From positions 62,001 through 126,000 of the forward strand of contig CDPCPM010000231.1 in NCBI GenBank assembly GCA_976551045.1: a DNA stretch of 64,000 nt, in the 5' to 3' direction. The notes below the pieces were generated by a model. That model saw only the letters and a program-made list of their open reading frames with translations. It was not told where the DNA came from and did not search any database. Both the position numbers and the translations under genes were made by a program. Below are positions 1-13,200 of this stretch, piece after piece. The stretch's first letter is position 1. Each line of letters begins with the position of its first letter. This DNA is from Glaucostegus cemiculus. Taxonomy: Eukaryota.

Positions 1-369
1 TCATCCATTGCAGAACTCTGTGATTTATGATTTAATTCATTTTACTTGCAGATGGGTCGACATTCATAGGATGGTCGCCAGCCTTGTGCTGCACCAGGAC
101 ACCCACTGTTGCGAGCAAGCTGCCTGTAAATTCCGTTTTGCTTTAAGTTACTTTATTGAATTTAAAACAGTTCAACAAGTTTTAAGTAATGTTTCCATGC
201 ATATCTGTGGAATAATTAGTTCTTACTATTTACAGTTAATTTTTGACCACACGTTAATTCCAGTATCTCTTCAAATTATCCAAGAGTATCAAGCAAATAA
301 ACAAGCGATCCAGGTTCCCCAGTGGGTCTGGGATTGGGCAGACACTGGGGCTAAAGAGCTGGGATATTA

Positions 370-620
370 ATTCCGCACTGCGTCCGGGCGCAAATCGCTG
401 TGGATCACCTGAGTAGCTCGGACAACAATGACACGGGGGCGGGTGTCTGTAAACAAGCGCCACGGTCTGATTGGAAGGACGAGGTGTTTGTCACGCACTG
501 ATTGGCGGGGATTCCCCGCTTGTGGGCGGGGTCTTGCCAGGGCTGAAATTAACTTTTGATAAAAAGCGAAAAGTTCTGAGAAGTTTTAGGGGTCGCGGCA
601 GAAATAGGGTCAGGGTGAAG
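370..620. promoter_or_regulatory. CpG-rich promoter with GC boxes and paired CCAAT boxes
   Basis: CpG-dense in an otherwise CpG-poor window. GGGGCGGG near 436-443 and GGGCGGGG near 524-531, ATTGG at 470 and 501, GGGGATTCCCC at 507-517. Lies about 0.5-0.7 kb upstream of the ATG. Confidence 0.7.
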
Positions 621-1106
621 GGCAGGTAGAGAAAGAGCTGCTGGTCCTTGACAGCTCAATCCAGTCGAAGGAAGTGACCGGCGGATCCCCACTTGATCGC
701 AGCGAAGGAGATACGAGGGAGAGCGCCCGGTACCGGCTCTGAAACTTCACTGAGGAAACCCAAGCACGGGGGCACGTTGCTTTCGGGCTGAGCAACACAG
801 CGTAAGGCAAGGAGAAAATCTGGCAAGAAGACATTAAGGAATCATCCCCATTCTAGAGGCATTGGGCACCGGTGGATAGTTAGAGTGCAATTGTTGATTA
901 AAAACATCTTTAGACAACTAAGGGAAAATTTGGATATCATCATTTGGGCAGGTGTTTTGGAAGGGTTTCCTGACTCCAGAGCAAACACTGTCAAGTTCAG
1001 GAGGTTCCCATCTACCTCAGGGACCAGGTTTCATCACCCACTCCCACCGTTTCCAATGAGAAACCCCCTCATTCAGTAAGGCCAGAAGGTTTGCTGTTTA
1101 GACACT

Positions 1107-1205
1107 ATGGGGATGTTGAGGAACATCTGGAGAGCCCGGAAGCTGTTGCTGGTCGTCTTGATCCCTCTTCTGACATTACCCCTGCCTGTCCTCTACCCTG
1201 ACAGT
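1107..1205 (+). CDS. slc13a4: slc13a4 coding exon 1 (MGMLRNIWRARKLLLVVLIPLLTLPLPVLYPDS)
   Basis: ATG at 1107 in actATGg context, in-frame upstream TAA at 1077-1079, donor GTAAGT at 1206. Confidence 0.93.
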
Positions 1206-4200
1206 GTAAGTGCGCTATTTCATTGAAAAGTACTGTGGTTCCAGGTGATGTCTCATTGTGCTGTAATACACCGTCCCGAGTGCAAGCACGGTGGTAACTA
1301 AATATTGCTTCATTATCATTTAGTGTTGCATTGCAAAAATCCTTCATTGATGGGGTAATGTTAACGATGCATTTAGATAATAAAGAAAATTAGATCGTCG
1401 GGTGACGGCTAGTTTAAAAAGCCTCCAGATGCTGTTAGATTAGCGGCGTTTGGTACTTGGTGTACTTCAGAATGAATGAACTACTTGGATTCTGCTTGGA
1501 AGCTCTGGATATCGCGATAACGCGTTGTATTTCCAAAGGGTCGTTATTGTGGAGATACTCCCAATGGGGAAAGATGGAACTAGAGGGGCCCTCCGTTAGA
1601 GGGCCAGTGCAGATAGAATGGGTCCGGTTGGGAAGAGCCTATGGCTCTGTGAAGGTAACTTTCAAGACCAGGAAGGATGATACAAAATTACGAAGGGGCA
1701 TAGACAGAGTTAATGCGAGTAGGCTTTTCTCACCGAGATTAGGAGAGATAAGTACGAGAGGACATGGCTTTAGGGTGAAAGGGGAAAGGTTTAAGGGGAA
1801 TTTCTTCACTCAGAGAGTGGTGAGTGTGGAGAATGGGCTGCCATCTGATGTAGTAAATATGGGTGCACTCTTGAGTTTTAAGAATAAATTGGATAAATAC
1901 ATGGATGGGAGAGGTCTGGAGGGTTATGGACTGGGTGCAGGTCAATGGGACAAGTGGAATAACGTTTTTGCACAGACTAGAAGGGCCAAATGGCCTGTTT
2001 TCTGTGCTGTAGTGTTCTATGATTTTAAGTAGATACAGTCACAGATTAGAGGCTGGTCAGAACCTGGGTTAAGGTGCTGGCTGTATAGAATGAGGGGAGT
2101 GTGAGGAGTCAGGGAGGGGGTGCCAGAGGTGAACCAGTTGGAACCATGGCTGCCACCAGCAGGCATGGTCTGAAGACTGGATTCAGGACGGTGAAGTTTG
2201 TAGGAAGTTGTTAGCGACCTCTTGGGGGAAACTGAGATCTGTTACTGAATTAACCTTCTGCACCCCCTCTATACACAGGGCCCAGATTGTAGGATTGGAA
2301 TTTTACTTCCTTCATTTGTGCTCAGGGTTGAGATTAGGGGAGTAAATGATGAATGGTGTTAAAATCAGTGGGCTCTTCTTATCTCAGGCCTGGTTTTGTC
2401 TCTAATCCATGGAATAAGGAATCACCTAAAGTACATCTCCAAAGGCACCGATATCCTTTCACACATATCAGTGATATCTGTGAAAGGATATCAGTCCTGG
2501 TGAAGGGTCTTGACCCAAAATGTCGAGTGTTAGTCCTGATGAGGGGTCTTGAGCCGAAATGTCGACTGTTTATTTCAGTCCATAGATGCTGCCTGACCTG
2601 CTGAGTTCCTCCAGCAGCTTGAGTGTATTGCTCCAGATTCCAGCATCTGCAGAAGCTCTTATGTCTACAAATTGCCCATGGTGTGTATATTAATGTTGGC
2701 TACTCTACTTATTAGGCATCACAACTGTGTCCAAGCTTCTCCCCAAAAACATCTACAAACATTTCTTGGAAAGGGACTCCACTTTTTTTACCCATCATTG
2801 GTATAAGGTATTTGAGGTGCATTATAGTGCCCTGGCTGAGGATATAAAAAATGCTGCAATACATCTATCAGCCTTTGTCTTTCAAAGATATCCCAAAATG
2901 CTTTATACAGAATAAGTTACTCTGTAGTCTGTTCACTGTGTGAATATAGCAACCATTTTTTGCACTTACATTGTCCTGCAAATAACAATGTGATGAAAGA
3001 GCTGTTAATCTATTTCTAGTGGTAATGATTGAGAGAAAACATGTTAAGATGTATCAGGTGAGGTCCCTTAAGATCTTTAACACATACCTCATAGAAGCAC
3101 TTTTTTGAATTAGTGGCAAGAATGCTGTTTGCAACCAAGTCTTTTGGGTTCACAATTACACTGTGCATTTATTCACTGACTCTTGGAAAAGTTCAAATCT
3201 TTGATTGTCTCTAATTTTCTACACTTTCAAAGGAAAAAAATATTCAGACTAAGCCAATGCCTGTGTTTTCAGAGGTAACATGTACAATTATATCTGTGCC
3301 TTGCTTTTTAAACTGGCATGGTGTTATTTGGTATGGTGAACCATCTGAAGTGCTTTATCTTCACTTCTTCCTCAAATGTTGGGAGAATGGTCACAGGACC
3401 ATGCGTTATGGTTCAGCAGTACAATTCCTTGATTTTAATCAAAGGGATGTAGTGCAAAGAGCACAATTGTCATTTGAAGATTTCAATAAAAGCGTGGGAC
3501 CTTTCAATAAGATTGAGAAAACTAATCTTGGTGGTTAAATGTAAAATCTGAAACATTTAAGCCACAACTTTTACATGCCATTTTTAATAGCCTGAGACCT
3601 TGCCTTTCTGGACCCATTTGCAATTAAACAATTCCCAAAGAAATTAGGACGAACTTTTGAATCAGTAAGATGCAAATGCACAGACAAATGTCATTAAGAA
3701 GAATGTGCTGATGGAGGAATAAATCACTTCAAGGGCAATAGGTATCTGATCTCATTGCACAATGCTGATGGGGTCATGTCTCAGTGCACCTTACGTACTG
3801 TAATCTGTATCAGTTTTTTTTCAGGATTACATTCAAAAACAAAGATAACAAGAGATAAGTTTCTTCAACTTGTACTCCATCTCTTATAAAGAGGTAAATG
3901 AGTAAACAGGATAAAGTAAAGGTTTAGAATGCAGTCAAGCACATTGTCTATCATATCCCATACCTGTTGGAATTCTTGTATTCTGAAGAAAAAATATTGA
4001 GTGGTAGAGAGATAACAGGCAGATGGATAGTGGGTGTAATTTCTGTATTCTTCATGGGAGTTTGCTAGTAGACAGGACAACACTGGTATTGCTTTAATGA
4101 TTGGTGTGATTTTAAAAGTGTGATATGCATAGCATTGAAATTTTTAGTATGGACATCTTGAGGAATGTAATGTGCCAATAATTCTGAGTGTGCTGAGCTT

Positions 4201-7200
4201 ATTGGGAATTCACGAAGTTCATCAGACTCATCCAAATGAGACTACTGTATTCTTTTAAGTGCCAAAATTAATTTTTGTATTTTTTGCTCTGCTTTTAAAC
4301 GTACACAGAATAAGTAAAAATGTGTACACCCTGAAGAGCTGTTTGTGATAAGATAACTCTGTAGGCATTGGCTCAGTGTTTAATTCTACATCTTTCAGTT
4401 TGCATTCTCCAATATTTTTGATTGGCTGAGTTGTTGTTTGTGTCACTGCTGTGCTGTTTTTCTGGACTACAAGCAGGCTCCATGTTTCCTTGCATAATCT
4501 TAATGGGGTTTCTATAAGGTGAATCCACTAACATTTTCCCAAGATCTGACCACCCAATATGTTTTCCCTGACAGTCCTAAAGGGGGCAAATTCCAGTATA
4601 TTTCCTTAATCTGCTCTGTATTATGAGATTCCATCTGATGTGTTACTGGGGAATTAAAAATATTGCACTGGAATTAGAAAGTAAAAACATTTTCTAATTT
4701 ATTTATTACTGCCAGTTCAACATTTCAGTCATCCACCCATTTTATATGTGAGAGGCACAATGATAGGAGGCCACACGATCGCATGAACTAATGGGGAGTT
4801 AGGATCAGTTTGAAGAAATGAAAGAATGTGATAGCCAAGAGTTTGGGACAAAGTTAGCATTTCCCTGTAAGTGAACAAATTTGGGCTTCCATATGAATAC
4901 AGAAGCTTCAAAGAAACAGTCAACAATTTGTCACTGTTTTTTGAATGTGCACCACCATCTGATTCATTATGGAGCCCAGAGCTGTACTGATTTCCCAACC
5001 ATTTCTCTGGAGAATCTGGATGGGACTAAAGGTGTGTTTGAAAGTTATGGCAGGAGATAAGTTGATACAGGGATAGAGCTAGTGGGGATATTCTAGAGGT
5101 GGAAATAGATGGTCATCGTGATGCTAAGGATATGAGGTGGCAGCGCACCTCAAGGTTTTGTCAAGTCTCATTCAGTGTCAGACAGTTGCCAGAGAGATGG
5201 AGTTCGGGAATGGGATTTGTGTCTGGGAACAGAAGATAATGTCCCACCTAGCATTTGGTGTTGGACAAGGAGTGTGGCAATTTAAAAGTAACAGAAGTGT
5301 TAGGAAAGGTGACGATGAGATAGCACTGTATGTTCTCAACATACATGTGAAAATTGGCATTGCTTTTGAATGGTGCTGACAAGGGACAACATGGAAATGA
5401 AAGTGGAAGGGGACAAGGAAAGATCCTTGATGTACTTCCATGACTGCCATAAAATAATCCATCATAGTATCCAGTTGTAACTGGGTGGAAAAACTGGATA
5501 GAGACTTGTGTTAAGCAGCTGTTTAAAATAAAGGTCAGTGTGCCCCTTGAAATTACTAATATTTTTTCTTCAGCTATACCCTGCTCTGAATTGGCCCCCC
5601 AGCACTTTGTAGTGGGACCTATCGGTGAAGGACACAAAGAACTGGTCAGAATAGCTGTGAAGGAACATGGCCTTGCTTTTGTGTGATTGACCCTGGCTCC
5701 TAGGGCCAATTTGAAATGCTCATAAATTCTCAACAATCCACAGCTTAATCATCTGTCTGAGCAGAGAATGGTGACACTGTCCATGTATAGTGAGGCTCTA
5801 ACCTGAGTGCCTTCACTTTCTGGGATCTTCACCCTTCTTATACCTGCAGGATGAGGTAAAAGACTTTATACAGCACACAAACTAAACAGAGGAGAAAGGG
5901 GAGATTCAGCAGATACATCTGTGACAACGTATAGTTAAGGTGCTAATGAGCTGGTTTAAAAGTTATTCCGTCATTGACTTTGGATAATGAGTAATATATT
6001 AGTCAGTCTCAGTAAATGATAAACCATAGTTGTTCATTGTGCTGGAGAGCTCCTCATTCCAAGCACTGGCGCTCGCTCGCTTGCAGTGTAAAGTGAGGGG
6101 TGAAAAACACAGGCATGGAGGCTTTCTGAGCAGGATGCTGTGTGGGTAGGCAGGTCTTTAAGAGAAGAAGTAAACAGGCCACTGAGTGCTGTGTGAGAAC
6201 TATACTGTTGGAGAGATACTTCGTACAAGTAAACAGGCTGAAGAGTAATGGGCTCTTTACTTTGTACAGGGAGGTGACAGTAGTTTGCACAGTTCAATTA
6301 AATGAGTCCAATCACTATTTAACTTATTGTATCGTTATTTGTATCATGGCTTGTCTCAAAGGATTGATTGGACTATCTTTAGAAAGTGTGCAAAAGGTGC
6401 ACAATTTGCTGGTAGTTTACATTACCATGCAGGTAAATACATGGCAGTCTGAGTCAAATCCTACATGAGTGAAAACAAAATTAAAACTTTTACAATCACA
6501 GTAATTTAACACCATAGATGCAGCCTAGTGGAGAGACAGGAGATTTCAGATAATGGAATCTGGAGCAGAAAGCAAGCTGCTGGATCTGTGGATGCCAAAG
6601 GATGGTCGACAATTTAGGTTGAGTCTCTGCTTCAGGATTGATGTAGCCAAGTATTTTATGGATCTATATATTAAATATCTGCAAAATTATAATAGTGCAC
6701 ATACAAATTGCATGGCCAAGTGTCACAGATGATAAGAATCAAATCTTCCCATAATGTACAAAATTTAATTGTAAGTACCTTTCAATTAATATTGTATGTG
6801 TAATATTAGTTCAATATACATATTAAGCCTTAAATATATTTCTGTAATATTCCTTCTATAAGTTTATTTGAGAACCCAATATGCATTTACAATCCAAATA
6901 TATTTTCAGATGTCTTTTCAATCTAGTGAGAAGTTGATTCTAAGAATGAAATACCATTTTGCTCATCAGAGTCAATGTTGTGCTGTAAGTTATATTTTGT
7001 TCAGGTTAGATGCAGAGTAAGAATTTCCTTCAGAGTTTCTTAGTCCAACCATTTCCTTTTCATGACTTAGCCTTTAAGTTCAGCTAAAATGGCACCATTG
7101 GGTAAGTCGTTATAGATCATGGCATTTCTTGAAAGTTGCATATGGTGACAAAGATGTAGGCTGTCAATATGGAGATGCTTGGGCAATTCCCCTATCAATC

Positions 7201-10200
7201 AAGTTGCTGACCAAACTGGCATAATTGACTATGATTGATCTAATGCACATGATTTATTTGTAATCATCTTCTATTCAGAACAATTAACAGGAGGCCATGA
7301 CCACCATGGTTCTGTTGGGAGCAATCCTCCCATATACACAAAGAGATGTCCGCAATAGAGGGGAGCTTGATACTGTAATAGGTGATGTGTGTCACCCAGA
7401 CCTACAGCTGTAGAGCAACACAAGGAGCAGTTTGCCACCAGTTCTTTCCAAGCAGGGACTGGAATTATCTGATAAATGCTTCTTGAAATGCCAGGTACAA
7501 CCCACTGCATGACTATCAGACACTACTCGATGTACTGCATCCCCAATGGTCTAAAATTCTTATCAATCCGATCTCATCCCAAGTGTACCCTCCATACCCC
7601 TCATGTAGAAGTGCAGCAGGGAAGCCACAAATGTTCTCTATTCCTGGGTTGCTTTCCCACGCTCAGAGTGCCTGCAATGTGGTTGGTGGAAGGATCCTGA
7701 ATTGCAGTGGAAGAAGTTTGGATACCTTTGCAAGATCATCTCAAGCAGCTCTGGTTTTGGGTTGTACCATCTGGGCAGCAGGGCTCCCTCCTCCTCCTGC
7801 TCTGGCAGCAGGCCACCAGTGCCCATGACTCACTACATGCAGTTCTGCCCTTTAGTTAACTTTTAAATTACACCAGTGTCAGCATCTTTGCTGTTGCCTG
7901 GCTGTGTTGGATTGAAGCACAGTGTGTCTTCACCTTCGATCTCTTCCAGCTCTGACATCACTGCCTGTCCAGCTTGCCATTCTTGGCTGAAAGGAGAAGG
8001 TTGCAAGACTGGAGTTCTGCTGATGGGAGTGAATGTAAGAAGTGGCTGCGTACATCTGCAGCTTGCAAATCAGAGACTGCAAACTGAAGGGGCAATGAGA
8101 TGTCAGATGGAGGATTGGGGGTGTGAGGATATTGTCATCAGAGGTATCAGTTAATGGCCAACCACATCTAATGGTCTAGAGTCACGTATAGGCCAGACTG
8201 GGTAAGGATGCAGATTTCCCTTCCTGAAGGACATCCTCCTCTGTTTAGGCTAAGCTACTCAGCAGCACAGTTAGCACTGGATGGTACAATCATATTAACA
8301 AACTGGCAGCAGAGGTTTGCATGCTGCCTGCACCAGGGCAAATGGCCCTGGCTTAATTATTCATCATGATTGCTGGCCCTTTTTTCTAGTAACTTCATAA
8401 ATGCTTTTTTATGATGGGAAGTGTCATAGATTGCAGTCTAGAAATTGGAATTCACTCTGTTTTGATTCACTAAATGGGTGCTGTGTTAGTACCATCAGAT
8501 GACCCACAAAATATCAGGTAATGGGCAAAAAGTTCAACTTCCCCAGTTCATGTATGTGCACATCTCTGGAGGACAGCTGCTAATAGAGGTCAGAGCTGCC
8601 ACATCAGAGCATAGCATAAGAAGGTGATCAGAGCCTGCAAGAACCTCTCTCCATAGCAGCCATGGCGCAACTACAGGAAAAGCAGTTGCAGAAGTGCAGG
8701 AAAACCTGGGATAGGTAATTGGTGGGGGGAATAAACCTTCAGTGTAGTTAGCCTCTTTCTCACCACATTGTCCCCTCTCCATCCCATTGTCATCTGCACA
8801 GATTGCATCTCATGCCATGAGTGGTTCCACACCAAGTAACTCCATTGTAAATTACATAGAAAGGTTGCTTTGAATGATGAGATCCAGCAAGACTACTAGG
8901 AATGTGCTGGTGAATTTTTTTTTTAAAATTGTAAGATGCAGACAGCAGTAGCTTGCTGAAAAGGGTGAATCCTTGTTCTTTCTGCAGGTTTTTCTCTTTG
9001 CCTTTGTAGGTTAAGCATGTAGGTCATGGATTGCACCTTTAACATCCAATTTCTGTTGCACTATGTCCTGGATGGCATAATTTGCTGTGTTTCTGGCACT
9101 TGGAAAATCAGGAATATTATTGTGGATTATGCCCAGAAGTTCTTGCTCCAATTTCCTGATGGATACTAATCAACCTGAAAATTATTGTTCACAAAACCTA
9201 AAATATGGAAACTGCTTTCATGCATGGTTTGTGCACCAAAACATAGGCAAAGGAGTCCAACTTCTAGGCATGCATACTGTGGGGTTACACCATACAAAGA
9301 TCTCTATTAACGTGCAGTAGTTCATCACTTACAACATCTATTCAGATAGAACTTTTAGCATGAGAAATTGACCCAAAGAGTACTCTTAAACAAAATTTTC
9401 CACAAAAGAAGGTATTATGGCAGGTGGACCAACAGCTTAGTAAAAGAAGTGTTCCTTCCAATGGTGCTCACCGGCTCTCACTGATAACTTCACCTCTATT
9501 CTTGACTTTCAGCAGGGCAGGGCCTCCAGAGTTTGGACTGTAGATGGCCCTGACAGTGCTGAAGAATTCGTGGTTGTTAGTGAGTTGCTGGACCTGCTGC
9601 ATTCCTTCCACCTACCATCTGTTCTTTAGGTCACAATATTTATGTTGGATCTTATCCTTCAGGTGCCTGTCGAGTTGTTTGTTTTCCTTGGAGTTTCCAA
9701 GCTAAGAATGCCTTGCCTTTGCATTTGGTTATCTCCTGGATCTCTTGGTCATTCTCAGCAAGCAAGTCCTGGTGTTTCTGAGAGAATACCCAAGAGTCTC
9801 TTCACAGTTGTATATTAGAGTGGACTTTAGGAGAGTCAGATGTAGTGAAAGTTCTGTAGTTCCCATTGGTTGGGGTTTGTTAAGTTGCCTGTGAGATGTC
9901 ATTGAGGAGAGTTATCTAGAGACCTGAGTGTGGACATCTTTGCAGCAGTATTTCTGTTGCAGCCATTGTCCTGGGTCAAACTGATGGATATAACAAAGTG
10001 GGTTGGGTAGTGGTCAATCCAACAGTCATCACCACCAGCCATTTCATGGCTCATGCACACATCCTTGTGGTCTCTCAGCCAGATGATAGCAGCATAACAG
10101 ATGCCATTGCCTGGATCAAGAGAGTTGCCATGCTTGTCTCTCTGACAGAACAATATTGGGTTACTCTGATTAAGTCCTCGAATCCAGCACAAAGTCCATG

Positions 10201-13200
10201 GTTTACCAGACAGCAGTGATCATGCCTTCCATTACAGTTCAGAGCCATGGACCATCTGCAGTAAACATATTAAAGCACCAGAGAGACGTCACCATCATTG
10301 TCTCTGCAAAATTCTCCAAATTCACTCTGTTATCTGAACTAATTGGTTATGTGAACCAATGCAGTGCCCTCTCCTGGGCCAAAATCTCCAGCATTGAGGG
10401 CCAATTGCACTTAATTGGCTCCAATGGGCAGGTCACATTTCTCATGCCTTTGGCACCATAAGCCTAAAACAGACTTGGATGCTGTCAAAGCCTTCTCCTT
10501 GCCCTTTTGACTGCTTCAAAATAGAGAAGGAGCATTGAGAATTACATTGAGAACATCATGTCCATTTGTTGGATCATGCAAAAGCCAAGAGTAAATTGCT
10601 GAAGGAGCACACCACCTTCCAACCTACACACCAGCCCAGCCCACCCCATCAAGCAACTTCTGTGGGAGATTCTACTGATTACATGTTGGCTTCATTGGTT
10701 CTGAAGGTGAAATCTTCTGCTCTCTACATTGAAAAGCCTTCAAAGATCTGAACCATTCTTCACAAAACCAGTAAAGATTTTTTAGGAAAGACAGAAGGTG
10801 AAAAAAATTATGTTGAGTTGGACTCCATCAGAAAGCTTGAATGAAGAAAACTATCTCAAGAACATAAATGGGAGGAGGTTATGCTTCATTTGAACAAGTT
10901 CTTAGCAAACTCCATCTGGGGTGTTGAACACTGTCGTGCAGGAATTTTATTGGCTTGAAAGGCAGATACAGTGCATTTTTCTGAAAATGCCCTGGAAGCT
11001 TAGAGGGAGATATCAGAGTAAGGTTTTTTTTTATCCAGAGAGTGGTTGGGGCATGGAATGCGATGCCTGGGGTGGTGGTGGAGGCAGGTACATTGGTCAA
11101 ATTCAAGAGGTTACTAGCTAAGCGTATGGAGGAATTTAAAATAGAGTGATATGTGGGAGGAAGGGGTTAGAGAGACTTAAGGTGAGGTTTAAAAGTCAGC
11201 GCAACATTGTGGGTCGAAGGGCCTGTATTGTGCTGTACTGTTCTATGTAGATTCTGAGGAGAGGTTGCATGAACTTGGTTTATATTCCCTTGAGATTAGA
11301 ATGTTGAAAGATTATTTCATTGAGGACCCTGATTTAGTAGAGGAGATGCAATTTATATCAGTGGAGGAAATCCAAATTAAAAAATCTTAAAATTAAATGT
11401 GCACATTTCAGAAATGAAATTAGGTACTTTTTAACCCAAAGGCTGATAGAAATGTGGAACACTCATACCATAAAGATTATCTTATATTTCCTTATGAAAT
11501 GGAGGGGAATCATTCAGCTCACTGAGTCTTTGTGGCTCTCAGTGCAATCACATCATTCTCAACCCCCACCATTTCCCTATAGCATATTAACTCTCACATG
11601 CCCACCAACTCCCACCTAATTCTCCTCCTGCCACCTACACAAGGTAATTAACAGTGGGCAATTAACCTACCAATCAGCATATCTTTTGGGATATGGAATA
11701 AAGCCAGAGGACCCAGGGGAAACCCACACATTCACACAGAGAACGTGCAACTCCCCATAGATAGCGCCCGAGGTAGGACTGAAACAGTTGCTGCAGCTCA
11801 TTGGTTGTTGGTGTTGGATCAAGTGAGTTATTGAAAAATGAGGATGATTATATTTTTCTCTGATGGGCATATCAATACAGAAGGGTAAATAATTCAAATG
11901 CTGATCAACTGTGGTCTAATTAAACAGCTGCACAGGCTGAAGGGGTTGAATACACAAGAACACATAAGAAAAAAAGGAGCAGGAGTAGGATGTCTGGCCC
12001 TTCAAGCCTACCCTGTCATTCAATATGATCATGGCTGATCTGCACCAGGCCTCACCTCCTCTGTACCAGTTCCACGTAGTCCTCAATTCCCCAAGAGGCC
12101 TGGACCTTTCCCTTGCTTCTGTTTTTCCCCTGTTCAAATGTGAAATTATTCTAAAGGTGGAATCCACATGGAGAGCCGTAACAGAAATGAACTTTATAAG
12201 AGGCCATCAATGGAGATTTTTTAGACTGCCTTCAGGATTGCTTCTCGGATCAATACATTACTGGTTCTGAGACACTGAAGGGAACAAAGAGCTAATGTGG
12301 AAAACAGCAACAGCAATGTTGTTGGACTCAATGTAAAAATAGAAAAGTCAATGAAGAGTTAAAAGATAAAGAAGTTGGATTGGAAAAAGGCAAAGTTCAA
12401 CTGGTAGAGAGGTTAGCAAACAGGACAATGGTAAAATTGGAGAAGGAGCAAGAGGTTCAAACTTGTGAGGGTTAAATTTTGGTCTGATATCAGCACATTC
12501 CTCTTTAAGTAAAGATTGCAGAGAGAATGGACTTAAGACCCCATGACAAATTATAATGGGGACATGAGAGTCATTCTGCATGGATGAACTTAGATAGGGA
12601 AATGGCTTTCATTACGTTAATGTGACAGCAGGGAGGAATGCTTGAGACTAGTCTGATATTTTTTTGTTCATTTGCATAATGTGCCAATTCCTGACAAGGA
12701 CATCATTTACTGCTCATCTATAATTGTGGTAGAGTCACACAGCATGGAAAAAGGACTTCAGCTGCCCCATCCGTGCCAGCCACCAAACTCCCACCCGCAT
12801 TAATTCTACACTTATCCATTTTCATCTTATTATTTTTTAAGTTTTATTTCTCCCTACATTCCCACTAATTCCCCCCAGATTCTACCACTCACCTACACAC
12901 CAGGGGCAATTTAGAGTGGCCAATTAACTCCCAACCTGCATGTCCTTGTGATCTGGGGGGAAAGCAGAGCACCTGGAGGAACCCTCTAGGAGGAGCAGAG
13001 AGAACGTGCAAACTCCCACACAGACAGCACCGGAGCTGTGAGGCTGTGCCTACATTGGCTGTGTCACTTGCTGTCTGTGAGAAGGAAGATGGAGCCTCCT
13101 TTTTGAATGGCTGCCGGACCTGTGCTGAAACTCCTGCAAAAGTATTGTAGGAAAGGAGGTCCTGGGATCTTAGTCGGTGATAAAGAAGAACAACATCATA

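Noticed and set aside
8-370. 120-aa ORF and an exon-like segment at about 46-125
   Set aside because: No recognisable protein. Splice-like signals are ambiguous on both strands and lack a convincing partner exon within the window.
1457-2032. Longest ORF in the track (191 aa)
   Set aside because: Its C-terminal half is a CR1 ORF2 remnant and the rest is chance read-through; not a gene.
7271-7830. Possible Harbinger/PIF transposase relic
   Set aside because: Only a vague resemblance; no DDE motif or terminal inverted repeats could be traced.
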